Counted from the stretch's first letter, positions 42,580-51,804 are shown. The stretch: DNA of 64,000 nucleotides from a bacterium (GCA_037137535.1 JBAXKC010000004.1:1-64000), one strand, 5' to 3'. Notes: generated by a model from the letters alone, not told the origin. Translations and numbers: made by a program.

Positions 42580-42984
42580 ATGGCTGAATTAACCGTAAAA
42601 ATAATAACTCCTGAAAAAGTTATTTATGAAGATACTGCTTCAGCAGTTTATGCTAAATCGGCAGAAGGTGAATTCGGTGTTCTAAAAGGGCATATTTCCT
42701 ACATGACGGCTTTAGATGTTGGTGTTGCCAAAATCGAAAAAGGCAAAGAAGTAGAATATGTTGCAGTAATGGGTGGAGTATTTCAAGTAGCCGATGATCA
42801 TATTACTATTCTGTCTGATAAAGCAGAACTAGGAGAAGATATTGACGTTACAAGAGCTAAATCTGCTAAAGAACGTGCCGAAGCAAGACTAAAAAGTGCA
42901 GAAGGTACAGATATAGATCGTGCTCAATTTGCATTAATTAAGGCTTTAACCAGAATTAAAGCCGCTTCTCGCCACGGAGCATAA
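42580..42984 (+). CDS. atpC: F1 ATP synthase epsilon subunit
   Basis: ITPE, GEFGVL.GH, C-terminal helical hairpin; follows atpD. Confidence 0.95.
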   Translation: MAELTVKIITPEKVIYEDTASAVYAKSAEGEFGVLKGHISYMTALDVGVAKIEKGKEVEYVAVMGGVFQVADDHITILSDKAELGEDIDVTRAKSAKERAEARLKSAEGTDIDRAQFALIKALTRIKAASRHGA

Positions 42985-42986
42985 TT

Positions 42987-43709
42987 ATGGAATTAAACAT
43001 TGCACACCTTTATCCTGAACTGTTAAACATCTATGGAGACAAAGGAAATGTCCTTGCTATCTCTAAAAGATGTGAATGGAGAGGGATAAAGGTCAATGTT
43101 TTTGACATAAATATAGGCGATAAAATTGACCCCGATTTTTTCGACTTTTATTTTATAGGCGGTGGTCAGGACAAACAACAATTAATGATTGCCGATGAAC
43201 TTCAAAGGCAAAAAGAATTTCTTACAGCCGCAAGAGATAACATGGCTGTATTTTTAGCAATTTGCGGAGGATATCAGCTCTTTGGGCATTACTACCGTCC
43301 GCATAATGCAGAAGATATAAAAGGCATAAGCATTATTGATGCATACACAATAGCAGGAAACACAAGATTTATCGGTAATGTTACCGTTGAAACAGATTTC
43401 CTGAGTCCAAACACACTTGTAGGTTTTGAAAATCACAGCGGATTAACCTATATAGAGGGCGACACAAAACCGCTAGGCAGAATTAAAACAGGCAACGGAA
43501 ACAACGGGCAAGACAAAACCGAAGGAGCTGTTTATAAAAACATCTTCGGAACTTATCTTCATGGCTCGTTATTACCTAAAAATCCTCACTTTACGGATTA
43601 TTTAATAAAATTATCACTTCAAAGACGTTATGATAATGTAAAATTAACTGCTTTAGACGATGAGCTTGAATTATTGGCTCATACTAGAGGTATTGGACGT
43701 AAGTATTGA
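42987..43709 (+). CDS. gatD: CobQ/GatD-type glutamine amidotransferase
   Basis: HLYPELLNIYGDKGN, GGGQD, AICGGYQL, GFENH, TYLHG.LLPKNP. Confidence 0.85.
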   Translation: MELNIAHLYPELLNIYGDKGNVLAISKRCEWRGIKVNVFDINIGDKIDPDFFDFYFIGGGQDKQQLMIADELQRQKEFLTAARDNMAVFLAICGGYQLFGHYYRPHNAEDIKGISIIDAYTIAGNTRFIGNVTVETDFLSPNTLVGFENHSGLTYIEGDTKPLGRIKTGNGNNGQDKTEGAVYKNIFGTYLHGSLLPKNPHFTDYLIKLSLQRRYDNVKLTALDDELELLAHTRGIGRKY

Positions 43710-43711
43710 TT

Positions 43712-45394
43712 TTAAGCGCTTAAATTTATTGGCTTATGTGCTTCTTCAACCATTAATTCAAGTTCAACAATACCGGTATTTTGATCAACTTTTACAACTT
43801 TAAATTGAGAATTTCTAGGTAATAACAACTCACTTTCTGAAATTCCTTTTACGCCTGTTGACTCAATATCTAAAGCTTTTGCACCTTTAGGAACTTTAAT
43901 TTTCAGAGAATAACCTTGCCACTCATCACCATAGCCATTAAATGCCATAATTTCTTTTGGGTCATATGATGTTGAGGTGTATCCGTTGTCAGTATAAATC
44001 ATACCTTCCTTTAATTCATATGGATATTTATACTCAACTCCTCCAGCTTCAGGGAATACCTGTTTTTTAGCTACCCCTCTATATACAACTACATCTTGTG
44101 GACACTCTGATCGTTCAATTACTTTATCTAAATTATTAACGATATTATCTAATTGTTCTAATTTTTTTGCAGGTTGAGTTAAAATATCCTCAGCATCAAA
44201 AGCCCCTGTTTTTCTAGCATATGGATTAATATCTTGGTAATAATCACCTTTATACTTAGTCATAGCATCTAGTTCTTGTTTACTAAAGCTATCTTTATAC
44301 TGTTCTTTAAACTGTTGGTTCAAATTAGCGCGTTCCGATTTATTTAAAGGTTTATATCCATTTTGTTCACTGGAAAGATCTGAAATAAAGTCTTCTCTTC
44401 GTTTACGCATAGCCTCAGACTTAGCAATACGCTTAGCTTCATCCGCTTTTTGCTTAGCTTCGATTTCAGCCTTTTGTTTGGCTTCAATTTCTGCTTTTTG
44501 CTTAGCTTCAATTTCAGCCTTTTGTTTGGCTTCAATTTCTGCTTTTTGCTTAGCTTCGATTTCAGCCTTTTGCTTGGCTTTAATTTCTGCTTTTTGCTTA
44601 GCTTCGATTTCAGCCTTTTGCTTGGCTTCAATTTCTGCTTTTTGCTTAGCTTCGATTTCAGCCTTTTGCTTGGCTTCAACTTCTTTATTAACAGGTTTCG
44701 GATCTTCTACTTTAGTCTTTTTATTAATAAAAGGAAGTTGCGCTTTTAAATTTATCCATGCGCTACCATCTTTAAAGGCATTAAAAGATTTTGCCAAACT
44801 TGAAGGAGTTTCTTTAAAGGTTTGAATAACTGCTTCAAATGTATTCATTTTTGATACATCAGCAGCTATATTAGCTTGTTTAAGTACAGTTTTTGCGCCT
44901 GCAATAGATGGGATTAATGTAGTTGCAGCTGCTCCAATATCATAAAAGGCCTTTTCAACGTCATCGCCATCTTTTGCAGTTGCAATTTTATAAGCTGCCG
45001 TTCCCGCCTGAAAAACTCCTGTTGCAATACCTGCTGCGGCCATAAACGGAAGAATTGCCCCACCTGTTGCAACAGTTAAAGCTCCTGCGGCTGCCATCAT
45101 GCCGGCACCCATTACAAAATTTTGCGGACTACTAAACATTGAAGTAATAGGAGAAATTAAACCTTTTCCAAAATTTAACGCAGCTTCGCCGACATCAAAT
45201 TTTTTATTATTAGAAGAATTTATTTCTTCTTTAGATTCAGTATTATTTACAAAAATATCACTTGGCAGTTCTAAATTATTCATGTTAATTGTTTTTATAT
45301 TTTGCTCAGCAAAAGGGTTATAAGGCTGTGGTTGTATCACAGCCTTTTTATTAGAATTATAAGCGTTTAAAAGATTATTATTAAACGAAATCAT
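43712..45394 (-). CDS. ADP-ribosyltransferase toxin (VIP2/C2-like R-S-E class) with Ala/Gly-rich hydrophobic N-domain and repeat stalk
   Basis: Y..IN..., VYRG, YTSTS, E-S-E-LLLPRN.F catalytic motifs. Confidence 0.85.
   Translation of the reverse strand: MISFNNNLLNAYNSNKKAVIQPQPYNPFAEQNIKTINMNNLELPSDIFVNNTESKEEINSSNNKKFDVGEAALNFGKGLISPITSMFSSPQNFVMGAGMMAAAGALTVATGGAILPFMAAAGIATGVFQAGTAAYKIATAKDGDDVEKAFYDIGAAATTLIPSIAGAKTVLKQANIAADVSKMNTFEAVIQTFKETPSSLAKSFNAFKDGSAWINLKAQLPFINKKTKVEDPKPVNKEVEAKQKAEIEAKQKAEIEAKQKAEIEAKQKAEIKAKQKAEIEAKQKAEIEAKQKAEIEAKQKAEIEAKQKAEIEAKQKADEAKRIAKSEAMRKRREDFISDLSSEQNGYKPLNKSERANLNQQFKEQYKDSFSKQELDAMTKYKGDYYQDINPYARKTGAFDAEDILTQPAKKLEQLDNIVNNLDKVIERSECPQDVVVYRGVAKKQVFPEAGGVEYKYPYELKEGMIYTDNGYTSTSYDPKEIMAFNGYGDEWQGYSLKIKVPKGAKALDIESTGVKGISESELLLPRNSQFKVVKVDQNTGIVELELMVEEAHKPINLSA
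44445..44684 (-). repeat. Ten tandem 24-bp coding repeats (AEIEAKQK) arranged as a 48-bp dimer
   Basis: Alternating units gctttttgcttagcttcgatttca / gccttttgyttggcttcaatttct. Confidence 0.9.
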
Positions 45395-45509
45395 TCTTTA
45401 CCCCAATATAAAAACAATACATATTATGTATATATAAAAACAAAATATTTTAAAATATGACCCATGATTTGAATATAAACAGATAAATATTTACAATACT
45501 TAATCATGC

Positions 45510-45534
45510 AAAAACCGCCATCTCTAGCGGTTTT
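45510..45534 (-). terminator. Terminator after the SPFH gene
   Basis: AAAACCGC-N8-GCGGTTTT, stem extendable by TCATG/CATGA. Confidence 0.65.
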
Positions 45535-45562
45535 ACATGATTATTCAATTATCAATATTTAT

Positions 45563-46546
45563 CTATTTAGCTTGATTAAATAACTCTTTAATTCCACCGA
45601 GTGAACTTAAAACACCTGTTGCTTCATAAGGCATATAGACTGTTTTGCTCTTATCACCGCTTGAAATCTCTTTTAAAGTTTCAATGTATTTAATTGCAAC
45701 AAGATAATTCACAGGATCTCCTTTTTCTGAAATGGCCTCTGTAATCAGTTTAATAGCAGCTGATTCAGCCTGAGCAATTTTAATTTTAGCTTCCGCTTCA
45801 CCTTCTGCTCTTAAAATGGCTGAAGTTTTTTGACCTTGAGCTTTGTTAATGTCGGATTCTTTAATTCCTTCGGCTTTAAGAATTGCAGAGGTTTTTTCAC
45901 CTTCTGCCATCAAGATTGTTGCTCTTCTGTCTCTTTCAGCTCTCATCTGCTTTTCCATAGCATCTTGAATATCCTTAGGAGGAACAATATCTTGAATTTC
46001 AACTCTATTAACTTTTACGCCCCATTTATGTGTTGCTTCGTCAAGAATAGTTTTCAATTTAAGGTTAATTGTATCTCTTGAAACAAGCGTTCCATCAAGG
46101 TCAAGCTCACCTATAACGTTTCTTAGAGTTGTTTGAGTAAGTTTTTCTATTGCTTCAGGTAAATTAGCAATTTCATAAACCGCTCTTACGGGGTCAATAA
46201 TTTGAAAATAAAGTAATGCATTTATGCCAATTGAAATATTGTCTTTTGTTATAACATTCTGACGAGGAAAATCAAAAACAGCTTCTCTTAAATCAATTAC
46301 TGTAGCCTGTTGAGTAACAATATAAGTTGCTCCCGAAAAATCTGCTTTAGTCGTACGTCTGTGCATAGGTCTCGGAGAGTCAATAATCGGCCAGATTATT
46401 CTTATACCGCTCTCTAAAGTTCTATGGTAAGACCCTAATCTTTCAATGATCATAACTTCTGCCTGCTTTACGACTTTTACGCCTTTAGAAACAAAAATAG
46501 CAACGGCAATTATGATAAGAAAAAATATAAAACCGCCAAAATCCAT
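45563..46546 (-). CDS. SPFH/band-7 (stomatin/QmcA-like) membrane protein
   Basis: N-terminal TM, ERLG, VITKDN, TTLRNVIG, WGVKV.RVE, MEKQMRAER. Confidence 0.92.
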   Translation of the reverse strand: MDFGGFIFFLIIIAVAIFVSKGVKVVKQAEVMIIERLGSYHRTLESGIRIIWPIIDSPRPMHRRTTKADFSGATYIVTQQATVIDLREAVFDFPRQNVITKDNISIGINALLYFQIIDPVRAVYEIANLPEAIEKLTQTTLRNVIGELDLDGTLVSRDTINLKLKTILDEATHKWGVKVNRVEIQDIVPPKDIQDAMEKQMRAERDRRATILMAEGEKTSAILKAEGIKESDINKAQGQKTSAILRAEGEAEAKIKIAQAESAAIKLITEAISEKGDPVNYLVAIKYIETLKEISSGDKSKTVYMPYEATGVLSSLGGIKELFNQAK

Positions 46547-46548
46547 GA

Positions 46549-46995
46549 TTATTCTCCTTTAACTGCTTTCCCTACAATAAGATTAATACTTTCAATGTTT
46601 AATACTTCGATTATTTCGCCCTCTTCAATTGATTCTCCTGATAAAGAAAGAGCTTTCCAATCTTCACCTTCGACATTTACTCTACCACTATTTGTTGTGT
46701 TTTCAATTCTTATAGTGACTCTACCCTTTTTACCAATTAAAGCGGCAGGCCCTGTAATAACTTCATGATTTGCAGTAGAAAAATATTTTTGAACAACAGG
46801 ACGTAATGAGAAAAATATGACAAAACTTGAAACGCAAAAAACTAATACTTGAATTAGAAGATTTAAACCTATATAAGCAACTAAGCCTGTTATTATGCAA
46901 GAGACTCCAAAACTGAACAAAAAGAAACCAGGAACAATCATCTCTAAAACCAATAAAATTATCCCAGCAGAAAGCCAATAGTGCCAATAATCCAT
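46549..46995 (-). CDS. NfeD-family (YbbJ-like) protein
   Basis: W...G..L..LEM..PG, C-terminal OB-fold GRV.V.GE.W.A; operon partner of SPFH. Confidence 0.88.
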   Translation of the reverse strand: MDYWHYWLSAGIILLVLEMIVPGFFLFSFGVSCIITGLVAYIGLNLLIQVLVFCVSSFVIFFSLRPVVQKYFSTANHEVITGPAALIGKKGRVTIRIENTTNSGRVNVEGEDWKALSLSGESIEEGEIIEVLNIESINLIVGKAVKGE

Positions 46996-47227
46996 AATTT
47001 AACCTTTCAATAACCAATAGCCATTTAAAGAGAGATTATACCATTTTTTTTTCAAATACAGTAGTGGGTATAAATTAAAAACTATACAAAGAATATAAAA
47101 CCAACTTAATATACATACAGTACGGCTGTTGAATAAATAAATGTTTATCGTATTATGATTAGAGTGTTTAAGAACTTTGACAAAATATTTATGTAGAATA
47201 GTTTGCCTCAAAAAATTGGTGTTTATC

Positions 47228-47887
47228 ATGGAAAGTCTTATAAAAAATTCTAAAATAGTTACTTCTTTGGAAAATAAAAAAGTTTTCGCAGTTATTAGAG
47301 CTAAAAGTCTTTCAAAAGCTTTGGATATTTCTAATGCTTTGATAGATGGCGGAATAAAAGTCATAGAGCTTTGCATGAATTGCGACTATGATGCAGCAGA
47401 AGCAATTAAGGTGCTTTCAGGAACAAGTGGAATAACCGTTGCGGCAGGCTCAGTTGTAACAGCAGAACAAGCAAACAGAGCCCTTGACGCAGGAGCAACT
47501 TTTATTGCATCACCAGTATTAGAAAACAGAATCATTAAACAATGCAAATGGAGAAAAGTGCCTGTTATTATGGGAGCTTCAACTCCGACAGAAATTTACA
47601 ACGCCTGGAAACTTGGCGTTGACATTATAAAAGTTTATCCTGCAGAACCTCTTGGCGGACCTCTTTATATTAGAAATATTCTTACACCTATGCCCTTCTT
47701 ACGTTTAATGCCAACAGGCGGAGTAAATATTGATAATTTCATCGAATATTTAGAAGCAGGAGCAGCAGCAGTAGGATTAGGGCATACTTTTTACGGCGAA
47801 GAAAGTGACCTTAAAGTAATAACAAAAAAAGCCGAAATAGTTGCAAAACAACTGGATGAATACCTTAAAAATCAAAATAAAGCATGA
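47228..47887 (+). CDS. eda: KDPG/KHG aldolase
   Basis: AVIR, GG...IE, GATFIASP, TPTE, K.YPA, PTGGV; ATG at 47228 preferred over TTG at 47177. Confidence 0.88.
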   Translation: MESLIKNSKIVTSLENKKVFAVIRAKSLSKALDISNALIDGGIKVIELCMNCDYDAAEAIKVLSGTSGITVAAGSVVTAEQANRALDAGATFIASPVLENRIIKQCKWRKVPVIMGASTPTEIYNAWKLGVDIIKVYPAEPLGGPLYIRNILTPMPFLRLMPTGGVNIDNFIEYLEAGAAAVGLGHTFYGEESDLKVITKKAEIVAKQLDEYLKNQNKA

Positions 47888-47917
47888 GTTTATTTAAGCG
47901 GAGCTTTCTTATAAAAA

Positions 47918-48856
47918 ATGAGTGATAGTATAGATATTATTTCAATGGGTGAATGCCTGATAGAACTTTCCACAGATGAAAGCATGAAATATGCTGAGGT
48001 TTTCCATAAATATTTTGGTGGTGATACACTTAATACAATGGTTGCAGCGGCAAGAATGGGCTCTAAAGTAGGCTATATAACCAAAATAGGAAATGATTCA
48101 TTTAAAGATTATTTAATTGATGCTATTAATTCAGAAGATATAAACACAAGTTATATAAAACTCGTAGAGGGAACTAACGGGCTTTATATGCTATCAAGGC
48201 AAAAAAGCGGCAAAAAAGAGTTTGCATATTATCGTAAAAAGAGTGCAGCTACATCATTATCAATAGATGATATTGATGATGAATACATAGAACAAGCCTC
48301 AATCGTTTATGCAACAGGAATAACACAATCATTATCTAATTCTTCAAAAAATGCCGTTCACAAAATGTTTTCAATTGCAAAAGAAAAACAGTGTAAAGTG
48401 GCTTACGATCCAAACTATAGACCACTTCTCTGGAGTGCTGACGAAGGAAAAGAGTCCTTAAATGATATTATAGAATATGTAGATATAATATTTTTAAGTG
48501 ATAAACTTGACGGAGAAAAACTCCTTGGAATTTCTTCCCCTGATAAACTGATAAAACACTTTTGGGACTTAGGCGTTCAAATTGTAGTTGTAAAAATGAG
48601 CGACTATGGCAGCACTATAGGCTATAATGGCGAAATAAGATTTATTCCTGCGTATAATGTTGAAACAGTAGACGTTACAGGAGCAGGCGATGCATATAAC
48701 GGCGGGTTTTTACACGGAATAGTTTCAGGTTATAACCCTTTTGAAGCAGCTGCGCTTGCAGCAGTAGTTGCAGGATTGCAAGTACAAGGGCTGGGAGCAA
48801 TAAGATCAATACCTAACAGAAAAGATGTTATGTCTATTCTTGAAAAAAAATCATAA
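47918..48856 (+). CDS. kdgK: PfkB-family sugar kinase (KDG kinase-like)
   Basis: GECLIE, GGDTLN, DPNYR..LW, DVTGAGDAYNGG; adjacent to eda. Confidence 0.78.
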   Translation: MSDSIDIISMGECLIELSTDESMKYAEVFHKYFGGDTLNTMVAAARMGSKVGYITKIGNDSFKDYLIDAINSEDINTSYIKLVEGTNGLYMLSRQKSGKKEFAYYRKKSAATSLSIDDIDDEYIEQASIVYATGITQSLSNSSKNAVHKMFSIAKEKQCKVAYDPNYRPLLWSADEGKESLNDIIEYVDIIFLSDKLDGEKLLGISSPDKLIKHFWDLGVQIVVVKMSDYGSTIGYNGEIRFIPAYNVETVDVTGAGDAYNGGFLHGIVSGYNPFEAAALAAVVAGLQVQGLGAIRSIPNRKDVMSILEKKS

Positions 48857-48966
48857 ATCCTATACACCTACAACTTTAGTTTTAACTTTAAGATTTAATT
48901 ATTCATGTTTTATTAAATATGATTTAAAATTAACTTAACTTGTTACCTATATTTAAGGAGCTTTTT

Positions 48967-49587
48967 ATGTTTAACCGTAAATGCAAAATCATTTTCATAA
49001 GACATGGTTCAACAATTTATACTGATCAAAACAGGCTGTATGATACTGATGATTATCCACCATTAAACGCTCAAGGACGATTAGAAATTGAAAAAATAAA
49101 TAACTGGCTAAAAAATTCTAACCAAAAAATAGACAGAATTTATTCAAGTTCTGCTTTAAGATCCGTTCAAAGTGCCAGAATAATAGCTCAAGGCTTGAAA
49201 AAAAATGTTGATGTCGTTGAGGGATTATTAGAAAGAAGACCTGGAATATGGGGCGGCTTGACCTTCGGGCAAATTGAAAATAAATATCCTGATATGCTTG
49301 AAGAATATCATAAAAACCCTTCTACCTTTTGGCCTGAAGGTGGAGAAACAACCATTTCCGTAAATGAAAGAGTAAAAACCGTTATTGATAAAATAGTTGA
49401 AGAAAATTTATACAAAAGAATTGTAATAGTTACCCACGGAGGAGTTATTCAATCAGCTATAAGTTCAGCTTTAGGAGTTGCCCCCGAACTTCAGGGAAGA
49501 CTTTATATCCCTACAGGGTCTGCAACACAAATCAATTATTACCATGACTGGCAAAGTTTGGTATTCTCGGCGTATACATCTGTTTAA
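48967..49587 (+). CDS. Histidine phosphatase family protein
   Basis: RHG, S...R..Q.A, G.W.G, GE, VTHGG; ATG at 48967 after AAGGAG. Confidence 0.88.
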   Translation: MFNRKCKIIFIRHGSTIYTDQNRLYDTDDYPPLNAQGRLEIEKINNWLKNSNQKIDRIYSSSALRSVQSARIIAQGLKKNVDVVEGLLERRPGIWGGLTFGQIENKYPDMLEEYHKNPSTFWPEGGETTISVNERVKTVIDKIVEENLYKRIVIVTHGGVIQSAISSALGVAPELQGRLYIPTGSATQINYYHDWQSLVFSAYTSV

Positions 49588-49598
49588 ATGGAGAAACA

Positions 49599-50405
49599 AT
49601 GAACAAAACTGTAGAATTTATTCAAAATCAAATTAAAGAACACAATTTCAAACCCGAAACAGCAATTATTTTAGGCTCAGGCCTTGGTGATTTTGCTGAA
49701 AAAATCAACGGTGTAAGAATAAATTTTTCTGACATTCCCGGATTTGCAGCATCTTCAGTGGCAGGACATGCAGGAAAGCTAATTATAGGGGAATTATTCG
49801 GCAAACATGTTCTTGCGATGCAAGGAAGATTTCATTTTTATGAAGGTCACTCCCTTGAAAAAGTTATCTACCCTATCAGAATAATGAAACTTCTCGGAAT
49901 TAAAAACCTTATCGTTACAAACGCAGCCGGTGGTGTAAATACAGAATATAAACCCGGTGATCTTATGGTAATTAATGACCATATTAACTTCATAGGAACA
50001 AATCCATTAATCGGCAAAAACTTTGATGAATTTGGACCTAGATTCCCCGATATGTCAAAAGCATACGCTGATAGTCTGATTGAACTTGCTAACAAATCAG
50101 GTGAAAAACTTGGTATTAAATTGCAAAACGGTGTATATGCTGCTCTTACCGGACCATCATACGAAACACCTGCTGAAATAAGAATGCTTAGACTTTTAGG
50201 AGCTGATGCCGTTGGAATGTCAACTGTTCCTGAAGTTATAGCAGCTAATCACTGCGGAATGAACGTACTGGGCATTTCCTGCATAACAAACATGGCTTGT
50301 GGCATTTTAGACCAACCTTTAAACCATGAAGAAGTTATTGAAACATCAAACATGGCAAAAGCTTCTTTCATCGGGCTAATAAGTGAAGTAATAAAAAATA
50401 TTTAA
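49599..50405 (+). CDS. punA: Purine nucleoside phosphorylase (trimeric type)
   Basis: ILGSGLG, GHAG, GRFHFYEG, TNAAGG, GPSYETPAE, VGMSTVPE. Confidence 0.93.
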   Translation: MNKTVEFIQNQIKEHNFKPETAIILGSGLGDFAEKINGVRINFSDIPGFAASSVAGHAGKLIIGELFGKHVLAMQGRFHFYEGHSLEKVIYPIRIMKLLGIKNLIVTNAAGGVNTEYKPGDLMVINDHINFIGTNPLIGKNFDEFGPRFPDMSKAYADSLIELANKSGEKLGIKLQNGVYAALTGPSYETPAEIRMLRLLGADAVGMSTVPEVIAANHCGMNVLGISCITNMACGILDQPLNHEEVIETSNMAKASFIGLISEVIKNI

Positions 50406-50433
50406 GTTTTGTAAACTTATTAATATAAAATCC

Positions 50434-50460
50434 TAAAGTTTTAAGGAGAGAGGTCGATAA
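50434..50460 (+). promoter_or_regulatory. Sigma-28 (FliA/SigD)-type promoter, copy 1
   Basis: TAAA-N15-GTCGATAA. Confidence 0.7.
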
Positions 50461-50469
50461 ATAATATAT

Positions 50470-50543
50470 AGACCAAACAAATGGTCATACCCCAACCTCC
50501 TCCCCAAAGTCTGGTAGCCGCCCAAAAAGGTGGCTTTTATTTT
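50470..50543 (+). ncRNA. Candidate C-rich small RNA, copy 1
   Basis: GACCA/TGGTC 5' hairpin, CCCCAACCTCCTCCCC single strand, AGCCGCC/GGTGGCT terminator with T-tract. Confidence 0.7.
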
Positions 50544-50594
50544 GCCTTTTTTTAGACTCGCATTAAGTTTTGTTAACAAACTAAAATAAAACCC

Positions 50595-50621
50595 TAAAGT
50601 TTTTTAAAAAACTGCCGATAA
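50595..50621 (+). promoter_or_regulatory. Sigma-28-type promoter, copy 2
   Basis: TAAAGTTT...GCCGATAA with exact TAAA-N15-GCCGATAA spacing. Confidence 0.8.
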
Positions 50622-50630
50622 ATATTACAT

Positions 50631-50704
50631 AGACCAAACAAATGGTCATACCCCAACCTCCTCCCCAAAGTCTGGTAGCCGCCCAATAAGGTGGCTTTTA
50701 TTTT
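50631..50704 (+). ncRNA. Candidate C-rich small RNA, copy 2
   Basis: As copy 1, with one loop substitution. Confidence 0.7.
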
Positions 50705-50755
50705 GCCTTTTTTTAGACTCGCATTAAGTTTTGTTAACAAACTAAAATAAAACCC

Positions 50756-50782
50756 TAAAGTTTTTTAAAAAACTGCCGATAA
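50756..50782 (+). promoter_or_regulatory. Sigma-28-type promoter, copy 3
   Basis: TAAA-N15-GCCGATAA. Confidence 0.8.
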
Positions 50783-50791
50783 ATATTACAT

Positions 50792-50865
50792 AGACCAAAC
50801 AAATGGTCATACCCCAACCTCCTCCCCAAAGTCTGGTAGCCGCCCAATAAGGTGGCTTTTATTTT
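50792..50865 (+). ncRNA. Candidate C-rich small RNA, copy 3
   Basis: Identical to copy 2. Confidence 0.7.
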
Positions 50866-51046
50866 GCGTTTTTTTATACAAATATCATGCCAAATACATA
50901 GTGATTAAACTGTTTTTTACAATATAACTACTTAAATTATAGATATAAGACAAAAAAGGATATCTTGTAAAATCATGGACAATTATTTTATACAATAATT
51001 AGAGCAACTACTAATTGTTTTTAAACCAACTAATAGGAGAAAAATA

Positions 51047-51763
51047 ATGGCATTTAAAATGGAAAAAATGACAGAAGCAGATATAGCGTACTATAACTCA
51101 TTTGAATTTAAAAACGTTGCTTTTGGCAGTATAAAATATGACCCTCCGTTATTACCTCCACCACGAAACTTTGTAGTTGAGGAGGGGGTAGGAATAAGCA
51201 CAACTGCTTGGATCGTAGATAAAGAACGCAATGCATTTGTACGAGGAGTAGGAGGTGGGGGACATGGAATGCCTGAATTTCAAGTCCTTGTATGGAACGG
51301 TGACGTAATAATATGTTCTTTTTATGAAAAATATACGAAGAATCTTAAGGAGTTTAATTTCTGGTGGATTCAAGCACCAAAGCACCTTCAGAGCGAAGAA
51401 AACAGTAAAGAAATAATAAATATGATAAAAGAAGCTCTTATTCTTGAAGGTACAGGAATTAGCATACCGGCAGGCGCTTTAAATGATCAAGATTATGCCT
51501 GGCTTTACTCTATAGAGTTTAATAATGAAAAACCTTTGACTGGGCTTGTTTCTACAAAAGAATTGAAAAAAGACGACCCTGAAATAAAAAGTAAAATAAA
51601 GCAGGTACTTGAGAAGTGTATAAATAATCCTGACGTTCCTCAAGATTTATTAGAAACTCAAAATTATTCATTAAAACCAAAAAAATTCACTTTTAATGAA
51701 ATGGGAGTAGGATTCCGCCTTAATCCTCAAGATTATAAAAATAATTATATGCTTAGGGATTAA
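51047..51763 (+). CDS. Hypothetical protein (possibly orphan immunity-like)
   Basis: 238-aa ORF with AGGAG RBS; MAF..E...EAD, W.VDKERN, W.G, IKEAL pattern. Confidence 0.6.
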   Translation: MAFKMEKMTEADIAYYNSFEFKNVAFGSIKYDPPLLPPPRNFVVEEGVGISTTAWIVDKERNAFVRGVGGGGHGMPEFQVLVWNGDVIICSFYEKYTKNLKEFNFWWIQAPKHLQSEENSKEIINMIKEALILEGTGISIPAGALNDQDYAWLYSIEFNNEKPLTGLVSTKELKKDDPEIKSKIKQVLEKCINNPDVPQDLLETQNYSLKPKKFTFNEMGVGFRLNPQDYKNNYMLRD

Positions 51764-51804
51764 ATTACAGACTAAAAAGAATTGATTTGTAAATAATATC
51801 AATC

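Larger units (their letters stand above)
50434..50865 (+). repeat. Three tandem 161-bp units, each with promoter, sRNA and terminator
   Basis: Near-identical cores starting at 50470, 50631 and 50792 (exact 161-bp period). Confidence 0.95.

Noticed and set aside
44344-44825. Alternative-frame ORFs over the toxin repeat (111, 99, 115 aa)
   Set aside because: They are shadows of the stop-free 24-bp repeat inside the real ART gene.
46999-47376. 125-aa minus-strand ORF upstream of nfeD
   Set aside because: It overlaps eda on the opposite strand and the divergent promoter region, and has no recognisable features.
50434-50865. CRISPR array interpretation of the triple repeat
   Set aside because: The inter-core sequences are identical rather than unique spacers, the unit is 161 bp, and no cas genes are present.
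50434-51763. Type III toxin-antitoxin (repeat RNA plus toxin)
   Set aside because: Each unit has its own promoter and terminator instead of one repeat transcript, and the downstream ORF shows no ToxN/CptN/TenpN features I can recognise.
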